Shown: positions 1 through 9,832, counted from the first letter of the stretch. The stretch: 64,000 nucleotides of DNA from Planctomycetota bacterium (GCA_038227875.1 JBBRPR010000003.1:96001-160000); one strand, 5' to 3'. Made by a program: numbers and translations. The notes: generated by a model from the sequence alone, not told the origin.

Positions 1-665
1 TTGAGGTATTTGATCTCGTAGTTCGTCCGGCCTTCCGGCGCGTCGGGCCAGGGCTCGGGATGTTCGCGGACCGCCAGCGCCACGCGCACGCGCGGGAGGA
101 GTTCTTCGTAATATTCGGCGTGATCGGTGGCGAAGTACAGAATGCCGCCGGGAATCAGCGTGCGCTTGAGCTGCGCGCAGAAACTTTCCGAGATCAGCCG
201 GCGCTTGTGGTGCCGCTTCTTCGGCCACGGGTCTGGGAAGTAGATGTGGTATTCGTGGACCGATGCGTCGGGAAAAAAGCGCGCGATCAGATACGTCGCG
301 TCGCAGCGCGTGATGCGGAAGTTGGGCATCAGCCGCTTCTCCGCGCGCTCGAGGAGCAGGCGGTAGTATTCGCCCGCGCGTTCGCAGCCTAGAAAATTCC
401 ACGCCGGCCGCGCTTCGGCCATGCCGATCACGGTGCGCCCGCCGCCGCAGCCAATCTCCACCGCCAGCGGCGCCGAACGGCCGTAGACCTTCGCAAAATC
501 CTTCGTCTCGCCGAGCACTCCCAGCGGCAGTTCACTTTTGTGAAGCGGAATCAGCGGCGGCGTGTGCGTGGGCTGCACCGGATGGTCCAGCTCAGCGTCA
601 TGAGGCTCGGTATCAGCAGCGATTTTGGTCGGGGCGTCAGCAGTGTCTTGCGGTTCAACGGGCAC
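1..665 (-). CDS. trmB: tRNA (guanine-N7)-methyltransferase, 3' end runs off the window
   Basis: Not in the ORF track. Manual minus-strand translation gives LAVEIGCGGG (SAM motif), HIYFPDPWPKKRHHKRRL, LYFATDHAEY and TNYEIKY. The GTG start at 665 is tentative. Confidence 0.9.
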   Translation of the reverse strand, partial: MPVEPQDTADAPTKIAADTEPHDAELDHPVQPTHTPPLIPLHKSELPLGVLGETKDFAKVYGRSAPLAVEIGCGGGRTVIGMAEARPAWNFLGCERAGEYYRLLLERAEKRLMPNFRITRCDATYLIARFFPDASVHEYHIYFPDPWPKKRHHKRRLISESFCAQLKRTLIPGGILYFATDHAEYYEELLPRVRVALAVREHPEPWPDAPEGRTNYEIKYL

Positions 666-723
666 AGTCGGAATCCTGGTTTAAGTTGCTTTGAAACGTG
701 AGGTCTGACTCACGAGAGAAAAT

Positions 724-1350
724 TTACGCGCCCACCGCTTCCATCCACGCCTGAGCGATGACCGCGTGTCCGGCAACGGTCGGATGGCAGCCGTCGCTGG
801 TCCAGCGCACGGTCGGATTGGCCTTGATCGCGCTGAGCAGCTTGGTGCGCGCCGGAACGTAGGGCGCATGAATTTCGCGCGCGAGCAACTGAACTTTGGC
901 GTCGTACTCCGCGATCATGCGGTTCATCTCGGTGTCCTGGTCGTCCTCGATCACCGTCGGCGAGACCAGCACCAGCCGTTGCACGCCGTAGCCCTTCGCC
1001 CGCTCAATCAGCGTGCGGTAGTTGGCGATGAACGCGTCGATCGGAATGTACCGCGACGGCGTTTTGGTTTTGCCGTACACATCGTTGATGCCGATCAATA
1101 TGGAGAGCCACGTCGGCTGGAGCGGCTTGACGTCGTCGTCCCAGCGCTTGAGCAGCTCTTCCGTGCGGTCGCCGCTGCTGCCGCGGTTGAGCACCGTGAC
1201 TTTCAATTCCGGATGCCGCGCCGAAAGCAGCCCACGCACCACGGAAACATAGCCGGTGCCGAGCGGATTGGCGTTCGACGTATCGCGACAGCCGCAGTCG
1301 GTGATGCTGTCCCCTTGAAAGAGGATGCGATCGCCGTTCTTAAAGATCAT
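724..1350 (-). CDS. SGNH/GDSL hydrolase family protein
   Basis: Motifs FQGDSITD, NRGSSG, IGIND and DGCHP; ATG at 1350. Confidence 0.9.
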   Translation of the reverse strand: MIFKNGDRILFQGDSITDCGCRDTSNANPLGTGYVSVVRGLLSARHPELKVTVLNRGSSGDRTEELLKRWDDDVKPLQPTWLSILIGINDVYGKTKTPSRYIPIDAFIANYRTLIERAKGYGVQRLVLVSPTVIEDDQDTEMNRMIAEYDAKVQLLAREIHAPYVPARTKLLSAIKANPTVRWTSDGCHPTVAGHAVIAQAWMEAVGA

Positions 1351-1367
1351 GCTGGACAAGAGAGTCT

Positions 1368-1474
1368 CGGCTCCTGGCTCTTAGCTCTTGGTGCTGTAGA
1401 CACGAACAAGGTTCAACAGACGCGCCATCGACGCTCCGCTCCCAAGAGCTAAGAGCCAACAGCCAAGAGCCGCC
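1368..1474. repeat. Inverted pair of heptamer tracts (GCTCTTG/CAAGAGC family)
   Basis: ggctcctggctcttagctcttgg at 1369-1391 and ccaagagctaagagccaacagccaagagcc at 1442-1471. Confidence 0.8.
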
Positions 1475-2668
1475 CTATTTCTTCTTTCGCTTTGCTTCCG
1501 CCGACAGCGGCATGTTCCAGACCTTCATGAAGCCTTCGGCCGCTTCGTTGTTGAGCGCGTCGCGCTCGGAGTTACCGGCCGTGTAGAGACTGAATTCGCT
1601 CGAACGCGCGACGATCGTCGCCAGGCCTTTGTACAAGCGCATCGTCACTTTGCCGGTGACGTTCTTGTTGATGCGTTCGTAGAAGCTGTCGAGCGCTTCG
1701 CGCAGGTCGCTGAACCACTGGCCGTTGTAGACGGCGCGTCCATAAGCGGTGGCCAGACCTTCGCGCACCTGCAGCGTTTCGCGCGAGAGGCACATCTGTT
1801 CCAGCGCGCGCTTGGCGCTGTAGAGCACCGTGGCGGCGGGCGCTTCGTAGACTTCGCGCGATTTGAATCCGATCAGGCGGTCTTCGATCACATCCTTGCG
1901 CCCGATGCCGTGTCCGCCGGCCATGGTGTTGAGCTTGTCGATCAGCGGCACGGGATTCATGCGCTTGCCGTTGATGCCGATGGGCAGGCCTTCGCGGAAT
2001 TCGATCTCGATCATTTCCGGTTCGTTGGGCGCGGCCATCGCGCTGACGGTCATCGTGTACGCTTCTTCCGGCGGCGGCTTGGACGGATCCTCCAGCGCTC
2101 CGCACTCGATCGACTGCCCCCACAGATTGCGGTCGTAGCCGTAACGCATGCCGGTCTGAGACTGCTTGGGCAGCGGCAGGCGCTTGGCCTTGGCGTACTC
2201 CAGACGCTGTTCGCGGTCGCGGTATTCCCACTCCCGCAGCGGCGCGACGATCTTGATGTACGGCGCGAGCACGCCGATGCTCGCTTCAAAGCGGATCTGG
2301 TCGTTGCCCTTGCTCGAACACCCGTGAGCCACGTGGGTGGCGCCTTCTTCCGAGGCGACGCGGACGAGCTCGCGCGCGATCAACGGCCGCGACAACGCGG
2401 ATGCGAGCAGGTAGTGAATTTCGTAATGCGCCAGCGCGCGCAGCGACGGCGTGATGTAATCCTTGAAGAACACCTCGCGCAAGTCTTCCACGCGTGCCGA
2501 AACCGCGCCGGCCCGCAGCGCCATTTCGCCGAGGTCGTCCAGATCGTCGTAGCCCTGTCCCAGATCGATGGCCAGCGCGACGACGTCGAGATTGCGCCGC
2601 TCCTTCAGCCACGAAATGGCGACGAGCGTGTCGAGACCCCCCGAAAATGCGAGCACACACTTGGCCAT
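1475..2668 (-). CDS. argG: Argininosuccinate synthase
   Basis: Motifs LAFSGGLDT, LSRPLIA, HGCSSKGNDQIRFE, DRNLWG and KSREVYEAP; ATG at 2668. Confidence 0.95.
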   Translation of the reverse strand: MAKCVLAFSGGLDTLVAISWLKERRNLDVVALAIDLGQGYDDLDDLGEMALRAGAVSARVEDLREVFFKDYITPSLRALAHYEIHYLLASALSRPLIARELVRVASEEGATHVAHGCSSKGNDQIRFEASIGVLAPYIKIVAPLREWEYRDREQRLEYAKAKRLPLPKQSQTGMRYGYDRNLWGQSIECGALEDPSKPPPEEAYTMTVSAMAAPNEPEMIEIEFREGLPIGINGKRMNPVPLIDKLNTMAGGHGIGRKDVIEDRLIGFKSREVYEAPAATVLYSAKRALEQMCLSRETLQVREGLATAYGRAVYNGQWFSDLREALDSFYERINKNVTGKVTMRLYKGLATIVARSSEFSLYTAGNSERDALNNEAAEGFMKVWNMPLSAEAKRKKK

Positions 2669-2735
2669 AAGCAACGCTCCTTCAAGCCCCGCGATTATCG
2701 CGCACGTGTGAGGGGATGGCAACGGTAAATAGAGT

Positions 2736-2897
2736 GGCGGCTCTTGGGTGTTAGCTCTCGGCTCTTGGGATTCCTGTCAGGCGAAGGTAGCTCCAGTGGA
2801 TGGCGCGGGGTGGACACCCCGCCCTGACACCCCGCGACGGCAGGATGCACTCCGCCCCTCGCACCCCCAAGAGCCAAAAGCTAAGAGCCAGGAGCCG
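2736..2897. repeat. Second GCTCTTG/CAAGAGC heptamer element, inverted relative to 1368-1474
   Basis: 2880-2897 is the exact reverse complement of 1368-1385; 2736-2747 is the exact reverse complement of 1463-1474. Confidence 0.8.
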
Positions 2898-2967
2898 CTT
2901 TCCCCCTTAATTCCATACGAAGCCGCCCGATGAGTTCGACAGTTGGTGTTCTCGGGGGAGAGTCAAC

Positions 2968-4521
2968 GTGCAGATTCAGACGGGGCCTGCCACTGCGGTC
3001 GGCCAGATTGATGTGTCACCGGATCAGACCGGTCAGGCCCTGGCTAACGCCAAGCCCGATCAGCTCATCCAAGCGCGCGTGCAGGCGGCCAGTGATGGCA
3101 GCGGCGCGATCATCAATCTGCTCGGCAACACCTTCCGTGTGCCGCCTTCGCTGGATCTGCCGATGGGATCCCAAGTGCTGCTGCGCGTGATGGAAAATTC
3201 CGGCGGCCGCCTGCAACTCGACATTTTTTCGCATCTGCCGCAGAAAGGCGCCACCTCGTCGCAGCGTGCGGGAGATTCTGCCGGCGCGCAGGAGCTCGGC
3301 ACGTTCGAAGCCACCGTGGAACTGGAGATCCCGTCGTCGGAAGTCGTCTCGCGGAAGGCCTCCACCAGCAACGCCGAATGGCAGGCGCTTTCGGACGAAG
3401 ATTACTCCGGCCAGCACCTGCCGACTAAACATGCCGACGAGACGGAGACGCCGGACGCGGCGGGAAAAGCCGGAGACTCCAAGCAGCCCGCCACTACGCG
3501 TCAATCCTCGTCGAGCAACGTCCGCATTCCTCCAGCGATCGCCGATCGGCTCGATGCGTACCAAACGTACGCGAGCGAAGCGGCTGACGCGACGGCGGCC
3601 AGCGACGTGCCGGCGCTGATGCAGCGCAAAGTCGACTTCGAGATGAATCTGCCCGCCGAATCCGCGCCCGCCGCCGCGGCTCTGGCGCGCGCGGGCTTGC
3701 CTGTCACCACGGCCAACGTCGTCAGCATCCGCCAGGCTCTGGCGCTGGGCCTCGCGCGCAGTCCGGAAACATTGGCGTGGCTGCGCGCGGCGCATGTCGA
3801 AGCCACTCCCGAACGCACCGCGGCGCTCGACAGCGTGCTGATGGCCAACGCCACCAAGCTCGGCGCGCTGCTGGCCCAATCCACGCCGGGGACCGCCGAG
3901 AACCTGCAGCCGATGCTGCTTCATCCCGAACGCCCGCCGGCGGAAGTCGCATCCGTCCTGCGCGACGTTCTGACGCACCTGACGCACGCGGAAGCCGGCG
4001 CGACGAAAACTGCCGCGCAGTCGGCGCAACTGGTGAGGGACGCATTTCCGGCGCTCCATCCCGATGCCGACCCGCGCGCCGCGGACGTCGCCACGAATTT
4101 GCGCGGGCAACTGCTGCTGCCGGCCGTTCAAGCCCGCACCGATGCGCCGCCGCAGGGGCTTTATCTGCAGATGCCCGTGCAGATGGGCGCGCAGCTGCGC
4201 ACGCTCGAATTGAAAATCACCCAGCGCCATTCCAGCCAGAGCCACCATGACGTGCCGGACATCACCGATATTTCCGTGCGACTGGACACCGAAGCCTTCG
4301 GCCCCGTCGACGCGCGCTTGACCGCGTTGGGGCGCAACGTCGCGCTGGCGTTTACGTTTCAGAACGCCGGGGCGCTGCGCACCTTTCAGAACGCTCAGGA
4401 AGAACTGCGCGCCGGCCTGGCCGAACAGAATGTGGCCTGCGGCGCGATCGTCTGCCGCGTCGCCCCAACGCTCCCGCCGCTGACGCACGACGGACGCTTG
4501 AACGTGGATGCGCGGGGATAA
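2968..4521 (+). CDS. Flagellar hook-length control FliK-like protein (C-terminal FliK domain)
   Basis: Low-complexity Ala/Pro-rich body; C-terminal YLQMPV..LELKI..SVRLDTEAFGPVDARL..EELRAGL; lies directly before an FlhB-C-like gene. Confidence 0.65.
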   Translation: MQIQTGPATAVGQIDVSPDQTGQALANAKPDQLIQARVQAASDGSGAIINLLGNTFRVPPSLDLPMGSQVLLRVMENSGGRLQLDIFSHLPQKGATSSQRAGDSAGAQELGTFEATVELEIPSSEVVSRKASTSNAEWQALSDEDYSGQHLPTKHADETETPDAAGKAGDSKQPATTRQSSSSNVRIPPAIADRLDAYQTYASEAADATAASDVPALMQRKVDFEMNLPAESAPAAAALARAGLPVTTANVVSIRQALALGLARSPETLAWLRAAHVEATPERTAALDSVLMANATKLGALLAQSTPGTAENLQPMLLHPERPPAEVASVLRDVLTHLTHAEAGATKTAAQSAQLVRDAFPALHPDADPRAADVATNLRGQLLLPAVQARTDAPPQGLYLQMPVQMGAQLRTLELKITQRHSSQSHHDVPDITDISVRLDTEAFGPVDARLTALGRNVALAFTFQNAGALRTFQNAQEELRAGLAEQNVACGAIVCRVAPTLPPLTHDGRLNVDARG

Positions 4522-4526
4522 CGATC

Positions 4527-4841
4527 ATGAACGACGCGACACGTTACAAGAAAGCCGCCGCACTCGAATTCGACGGCAGCGGCGCGCCCCGCGTGACGGC
4601 CAAGGGCAGCGGATTAATCGCCGAACAGATCATCCAGCGCGCCGAAGCCGCGGGCGTTCCCGTCCGCGAAGACCCCGCGCTGACCAAGCTGCTGACCACG
4701 CTGGACCTCGGCACGGAGATTCCGCCGGAGCTCTACTGCGCCGTCGCGGAGATCATTGCGTGGGTCTATAAGCTCGATCGGAAGAGCGCCGAATCCCGCC
4801 GCGATGAAGCTCACGCAGCCCGCGATCGGCGCCAGCGGTAG
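4527..4841 (+). CDS. Stand-alone FlhB cytoplasmic-domain (EscU/YscU/HrcU family) protein
   Basis: KAAALEFD..APRVTAKGSGLIAEQII..GVPVREDPAL..LDLGTEIPPELYCAVAEIIAWVY. Confidence 0.9.
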   Translation: MNDATRYKKAAALEFDGSGAPRVTAKGSGLIAEQIIQRAEAAGVPVREDPALTKLLTTLDLGTEIPPELYCAVAEIIAWVYKLDRKSAESRRDEAHAARDRRQR

Positions 4842-4857
4842 TACGGAGCTCGGACAC

Positions 4858-5286
4858 TCAGATGTTCAGCAGCCAGAGAATGACGCCCGGCACTGCGGTC
4901 AGAAGTCCACACACTTTCATCACGTTGCTCAGCACTCGATTCGTGCCGACGCTGTCCACGGCCGGCAAGCTCAGCAAAATGGGATCGGTCGGACTGGTGA
5001 TGCGCGATTTGTTGGCTACTGCAAGCGCCCAAGCGGCGGTGCTTGCGCGCACGATCCGGTTGTAGTTCCAGCGCAGCAGCGCGAAGATCAGGCTGCAGCC
5101 AATCAAAAATGTTCCGTAGGGCGGACCAAATCCGGGCAGACTCATCAGCACGGTACCAATCACCGAACCGGCTGCCGCAGCAACACACGCCAGGATTGTC
5201 GAAGCGATCACCGTGCTGATGGTCGTCTCGTCCGGAACAACATCCGGAAGCGGTGGCGGCATGATGTAGGATGGCAATTCGTCCAT
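4858..5286 (-). CDS. Hypothetical membrane protein
   Basis: 142-aa ORF with about 3 hydrophobic segments. Confidence 0.55.
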   Translation of the reverse strand: MDELPSYIMPPPLPDVVPDETTISTVIASTILACVAAAAGSVIGTVLMSLPGFGPPYGTFLIGCSLIFALLRWNYNRIVRASTAAWALAVANKSRITSPTDPILLSLPAVDSVGTNRVLSNVMKVCGLLTAVPGVILWLLNI

Positions 5287-5295
5287 GGAATCAGT

Positions 5296-5765
5296 TTACT
5301 TCGGTTTCAAAGCGCTGCCGCGAAAACTCCTCACGAGACCTCCTGGACGATGGTCCAGACACAGCGCGGGTGCGACGAGTTTCGCCGGTTGTTCCGGTTT
5401 GGCCGGCCGGAACTTCGCGGAGAGTTCGCGGCGGTTGAGCGTCAGTAGGCGCTGTTGCTCGTCGGGCGGGAATTCCGCGATCTTCGCGGCAGTGGATACC
5501 GCGAGTGCACCTTGATCCATTTGCCGATCAGTTCCGGAATGCCATTTTGGAGCAGCCGGCGTGCTCGATCGACGCTTGTGCCGGAGACATTGAAAATCTT
5601 GCCGACAACCTGCCTCGTCTTGCCCGGGCACCAATTGGTGCCCCGCCGAGTTGAAGGGGGTGCATTCCGTCGCTGCTCCACTTCATCCTCAAAATGAGGA
5701 AACATCCGCGCCGCCACCATCGCGCGCTGATTCTCCTTCAAGTGCCGCCGCCGCAGGTTCGCGAT
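5296..5765 (-). pseudogene. 5'-truncated, frameshifted remnant of a ParB-like/HTH mobile-element gene
   Basis: IANLRRRHLKENQRAMVAA...VSGTSVDRARRLLQNGIPELIGK, then after a frameshift near 5520 MDQGALAVSTAAKIAEFPPDEQ; an in-frame stop lies just upstream. Confidence 0.6.
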
Positions 5766-5862
5766 CGTTAGTTATTGAAATTAAATGTGTTATGAACGGC
5801 AAAAAGTTGGGATTATATTATTGGAAATGGATCTTGGAGCGCAGGGGCGCCTTGAAAAGGAG

Positions 5863-6051
5863 GTTGCCCGGCCTCTAAGGCCGGGTCGCTTGGCGACAAG
5901 AGGCTCCAAGACAGTCGCTGCCGTACGAGAATGGCAGCGTTTGTCCGGCACGCTTCGAAGTCGTATGAATTTTTCGGCAGGGGTGCGTCTGTCCTGGAGC
6001 TTCTTGTTGCTAACGCAACCCGGCCCGAGGGGCCGGGCCACCCCTCGCGGG
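5863..6051. repeat. REPIN-like long inverted repeat built from two GC hairpins
   Basis: Hairpins cccggcctctaaggccggg (5867-5885) and cccggcccgaggggccggg (6019-6037) sit in complementary arms; the right arm recurs at 14000-14092 and partly at 60129-60169. Confidence 0.75.
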
Positions 6052-6231
6052 ATTTGGCGATGACTTGAGAAGCGAACCGCGATTCCCGCTCCTCGGGTTC
6101 ATCGTTCATCAATCATCGTTCTGAATTTCGCTTTCTGAAATCCCCTCAAGTCGGCCTCATTTTCCGACGATCCCTCTGAGTACGCCTCAGCACCGTTGGC
6201 ATCAGGCCGCAACTCAGGGAGAATCATCATC

Positions 6232-7530
6232 GTGGGATTGGAAAAATTCGTCATTGAAGGCGGGCACAAGCTGAAGGGTGAAGTCACCGTCAGCGGTTCG
6301 AAAAATTCGGCCCTGCCGATCATGGCCGCCACGATTCTTGCCAATGGCCCCTGCAGCCTGGGCAACGTTCCGCGCCTGCGCGACGTCGACGTCCTTGGAC
6401 GCATCATGCAGATGCTCGGCGTCTCCGTCGAACGCGATGGCGCCGGCCGCCTGGCAACGCGCGTCGTCAATGAAGACGCCAGCGTCGCGCCGTATGAACT
6501 GGTCAGCATGATGCGCGCCAGCTTCTGCGTGCTCGGACCGCTGCTGGCCAAGCGCGGCTACGCCAAAGTTTCACTCCCCGGCGGCTGCGCCTTTGGCGAC
6601 CGGCCCGTCGACCTCCATCTTAAGGGACTGCGCGCGCTCGGCGCCGACATCCAGATCGAACACGGTTACGTCATCGCCAAAGCCACGAAACTGCGCGGCG
6701 CGAACATCTACCTCGGCGGCCCGTCCGGCTCGTCGGTGCTCGGCACCGGCAATGTGATGATGGCCGCGGTGCTGGCCGAAGGCCAGACGATCATCGAACA
6801 CGCGGCCTGCGAACCGGAAGTCGTCGACCTGGCGAATTTCCTGATCGCGATGGGCGCGAGCATCGAAGGCGCCGGCAGCCACCGCATCCGCATCCGCGGC
6901 GTGCGCACGCTGGAAGGCTGCAACTACGAAATCATTCCCGACCGCATCGAAGCCGCCACGCTGCTGATGGCCGGCGCGATGACCCACGGCGAAGTGGTCG
7001 TCCGCAACATCGACCCGACTCACCTGGAAGCGATCTGGGACAAATTCCGCGAAGCCAACATCGGCTTCAATCGCAACTGCAAGACCGTCTCCGTCCACAT
7101 GGAAGGCCGCCCGAAGGAAGTGGAGATCTCCACCCTCCCCTACCCCGGCTTCCCGACTGACCTGCAGGCGCAGATGATGACGTTGATGTGCCTGGGCAGT
7201 GGCGCGAGCGTCTTTACCGACGGCATTTACCCCGACCGCCTCAACCACGTCGCGGAACTCAAACGCATGGGCGCTCACGTCGTCCGCGTCAACAACACCG
7301 TGGTCGTGATCGGCGGCAACAAGCTGCAGGGCGCGCCCGTGATGGCCAGCGACCTGCGCGCCGGAGCGGCGTTGGTGATGGGCGGCCTGGCCGCTGAAGG
7401 CGAAACGACGATCCGCCGCATCTACCACATCGACCGCGGCTACGAGAATTTCGAAGGCAAGCTGCGCAGCCTCGGCGCGGTGATCAAACGCCTGCCGGAC
7501 GAGACGCCTGAGAAGCCACCGCAACTATAG
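6232..7530 (+). CDS. murA: UDP-N-acetylglucosamine 1-carboxyvinyltransferase
   Basis: Motifs SGSKNSALP, MRAS, LPGGCAFGDRPVDLH (catalytic Cys), PGFPTDLQ, SDLRAGA and HIDRGY; GTG start at 6232. Confidence 0.97.
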   Translation: MGLEKFVIEGGHKLKGEVTVSGSKNSALPIMAATILANGPCSLGNVPRLRDVDVLGRIMQMLGVSVERDGAGRLATRVVNEDASVAPYELVSMMRASFCVLGPLLAKRGYAKVSLPGGCAFGDRPVDLHLKGLRALGADIQIEHGYVIAKATKLRGANIYLGGPSGSSVLGTGNVMMAAVLAEGQTIIEHAACEPEVVDLANFLIAMGASIEGAGSHRIRIRGVRTLEGCNYEIIPDRIEAATLLMAGAMTHGEVVVRNIDPTHLEAIWDKFREANIGFNRNCKTVSVHMEGRPKEVEISTLPYPGFPTDLQAQMMTLMCLGSGASVFTDGIYPDRLNHVAELKRMGAHVVRVNNTVVVIGGNKLQGAPVMASDLRAGAALVMGGLAAEGETTIRRIYHIDRGYENFEGKLRSLGAVIKRLPDETPEKPPQL

Positions 7531-7566
7531 TCTCGCGCAAAGACGCAAAGAACGGCGAACAGACTT

Positions 7567-7596
7567 GGGGGTTCTGAGCAATTGCTCAGAACCCCC
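7567..7596. terminator. Perfect 30-bp palindrome between convergent genes, probable terminator
   Basis: GGGGGTTCTGAGCAATTGCTCAGAACCCCC. Confidence 0.65.
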
Positions 7597-7604
7597 CGCT
7601 AGTT

Positions 7605-8672
7605 TTAAGGTTGATCAAGCACTACTGTTCCATTTTTGAATTCGTACTTCCAATCGCCAAGTTTACAGATCCAGTTGAGCCACATATCAACGGTCATATC
7701 CGTCACCCGCAACGTAATGGATGGAAGTCTTGACAGGTCCTTGGTCATCCGCGGAGTGAGTTCACATTTAATTCCGGCCCGGTCCCACAGTTCGCGCTTG
7801 AGGCGATCCATATCGGCATCCAGCAACTCCGATGAGACGAGCAATTCTATTCGTTGTTCCTCTGGTACAAGCAACGGCGACCAACCTTCGGAATCATTAG
7901 GAATTCGCTGGATGTGAACATTCATTGACTGCGCGTTTTGGCGCATTTGAATTACTCGGGTTCTCAGTAAGGAAAGACGCTCTCGACCCTGTTGTTCAGA
8001 CACAATGGCGTCGTCGCTTCGTTCGTGTTCAAAATCACTATGACTCTGCTGATGTAGCATGTAGATGGTTATTGCCACGTTTTCATCCGGTTCGAGACTC
8101 ACGGGAGTCGCGGGTAACTTCGACACCGACAATTGCTGCTGCACCCAGGTTCGAATCTGTTGTTCGGAATGCGTGGGAAGTGCGCCACGAATCGAATCAA
8201 TCACTTCGGGTTCAAACTGGGCTCTTCATTCGGACAGAGTTTTGGCAAGAGTCTTGTTCGAACTCGCCAATTCTTCTTCCAGAACGGCAATCGCCTGCAA
8301 ATCGGATTGCACCGCTGCTTCTGCCGCGCGCACACGCTGGTCGCGCAGCACATAAGCTCCTGAATACGCACCCAGTGCCATCGCTAGTGAATACACAAGG
8401 TAATGCGGGATGCGGCGGCCTTCCGATCTCAGCGCGATGCGCAGCACCAGGCCGCTGCCCATCACGCCCAGACACGCGCCGGTCAGGAGCACGTTATCCG
8501 CACGGCTCCACGCCGCCGCGAACGCGAGCGTATACGCGGCCATCCACTCCAGCATGGTCGCCAGCGAAAAGCGTGTCTGTTCGCGCAGCTTCGCGGCGAC
8601 GCGGCGCAGCAAGGGCGGCCGTGGCGGGGCCGCGATGGCAGGCGGATTGATCGGATCTTCAAGCGCTGCCAT
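7605..8672 (-). pseudogene. Paralog 3 of a tandem membrane-protein family, interrupted by an in-frame TGA at 8226-8228
   Basis: ORFs 8226..8753 and 7605..8204 are in the same frame (TLSE*RAQFEPEVIDS); joined, they align end to end with the two upstream paralogs. Confidence 0.75.
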
Positions 8673-8736
8673 GGAATTTCTCCACGTCGATTCTGTCGAT
8701 ATTAGCAATGGCTCAAAATAATTTTCATTACTACGG

Positions 8737-9816
8737 TCACTCATCGATCTCATCGATCAACACCTTGTCCCCTTTGAACTCGCATTTCCAATTTCCGAGT
8801 CTGCAGACCCATAAAATCCAGAGCTCGGCGCTCATATCCGTCACACGCAGGTTGATATTTGCTGGGTAGCCAGTGAGGATTTGCTTCTGCATCGGTTGCG
8901 AAAATTCGCAACGCAGGCCCGTCAATTCCCAGACATCCCGCTTCAATTTCTCCGGGTCGGTGTCGATGAGGTCCGCTGATATGTGTAGATATTTCCGCCG
9001 CTCCACCGGCACCAGCAGTGGCGACCAGCCATTCGCCGTGGCGGGCAGCGGAACAATGCGGACATCCATGGACTCGGCTTCCTGCTTGATCTGGCAGAGC
9101 CGCGTTTTCAGCAGGTTCGACCGCTGCAACAGGTCGCGTTCCTTTTGTTCGTTGGCTAGTTCACTGGCTACGAAGTAATCCTCAAAGTGAGCTCTCTTTA
9201 ACTGGACCACCGAAGCGACCAAAGCTTCGCTCGAACCCGATTTGATCCTGTCCTTCTGAGATGCATTTCCGAGCCATTCTTGATCCACCCAGGATTTCAG
9301 CTGCTCATCCGTAGCATCCTTCATTTTCGCACTCAGCGATTTCATGGCTTCGGCTTTCAATTCCTCTTTGCGCTTTGCCTGTTCGTCGGCGACGGCTTGT
9401 TTCTGTCCCGCTCGCTCGGCCTCTACTGCTGTGACGTCGCGTTCTGCTTGCTCAAGCAACGGCGCCGCCGCTCGAATCCGTTGATCGCGCAGTACATAGG
9501 CGCCTGAATACGCGCCCAGGGCCATGGCCAGCGCAAACACCAGGTAGTGCGGGACACGCCGTCCTTCCGAACGCACTGCGATGCGCAGGATCAGACCGAA
9601 TCCGATAATGCCGAGGCACGCGCCGGACAACAGCGCGTTATCCGCGCGGCTCCACGCCGCCGCGAACGCGAGCGTGTATGCCGCCATCCACTCGAGCATC
9701 GTGGCGAGCGAAAAGCGCAACTGCTCGCGCAGCTTCGCGGCGATGCGGCGCAGCAGCGGCGGCCGCTTTGAAACCGGGGTCACAATTGCAGCGATCGGGT
9801 CTCGGAGTGCTTCCAT
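8737..9816 (-). CDS. Paralog 2: RFSLATML-motif membrane protein with coiled coil and C-terminal STN-like domain
   Basis: RFSLATMLEWMAAYTLAFAAAW, three TM segments, GWSPLLVP and INLRVTDMSAELWILWVCRL. Confidence 0.8.
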   Translation of the reverse strand: MEALRDPIAAIVTPVSKRPPLLRRIAAKLREQLRFSLATMLEWMAAYTLAFAAAWSRADNALLSGACLGIIGFGLILRIAVRSEGRRVPHYLVFALAMALGAYSGAYVLRDQRIRAAAPLLEQAERDVTAVEAERAGQKQAVADEQAKRKEELKAEAMKSLSAKMKDATDEQLKSWVDQEWLGNASQKDRIKSGSSEALVASVVQLKRAHFEDYFVASELANEQKERDLLQRSNLLKTRLCQIKQEAESMDVRIVPLPATANGWSPLLVPVERRKYLHISADLIDTDPEKLKRDVWELTGLRCEFSQPMQKQILTGYPANINLRVTDMSAELWILWVCRLGNWKCEFKGDKVLIDEIDE

Positions 9817-9832
9817 GGTTTCCGTTCCGTAG

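Noticed and set aside
8226..8228. Selenocysteine recoding of the in-frame TGA
   Set aside because: The aligned region in the paralogs is a charged coiled coil, not a Cys or redox motif, and no SECIS-like hairpin was evident.
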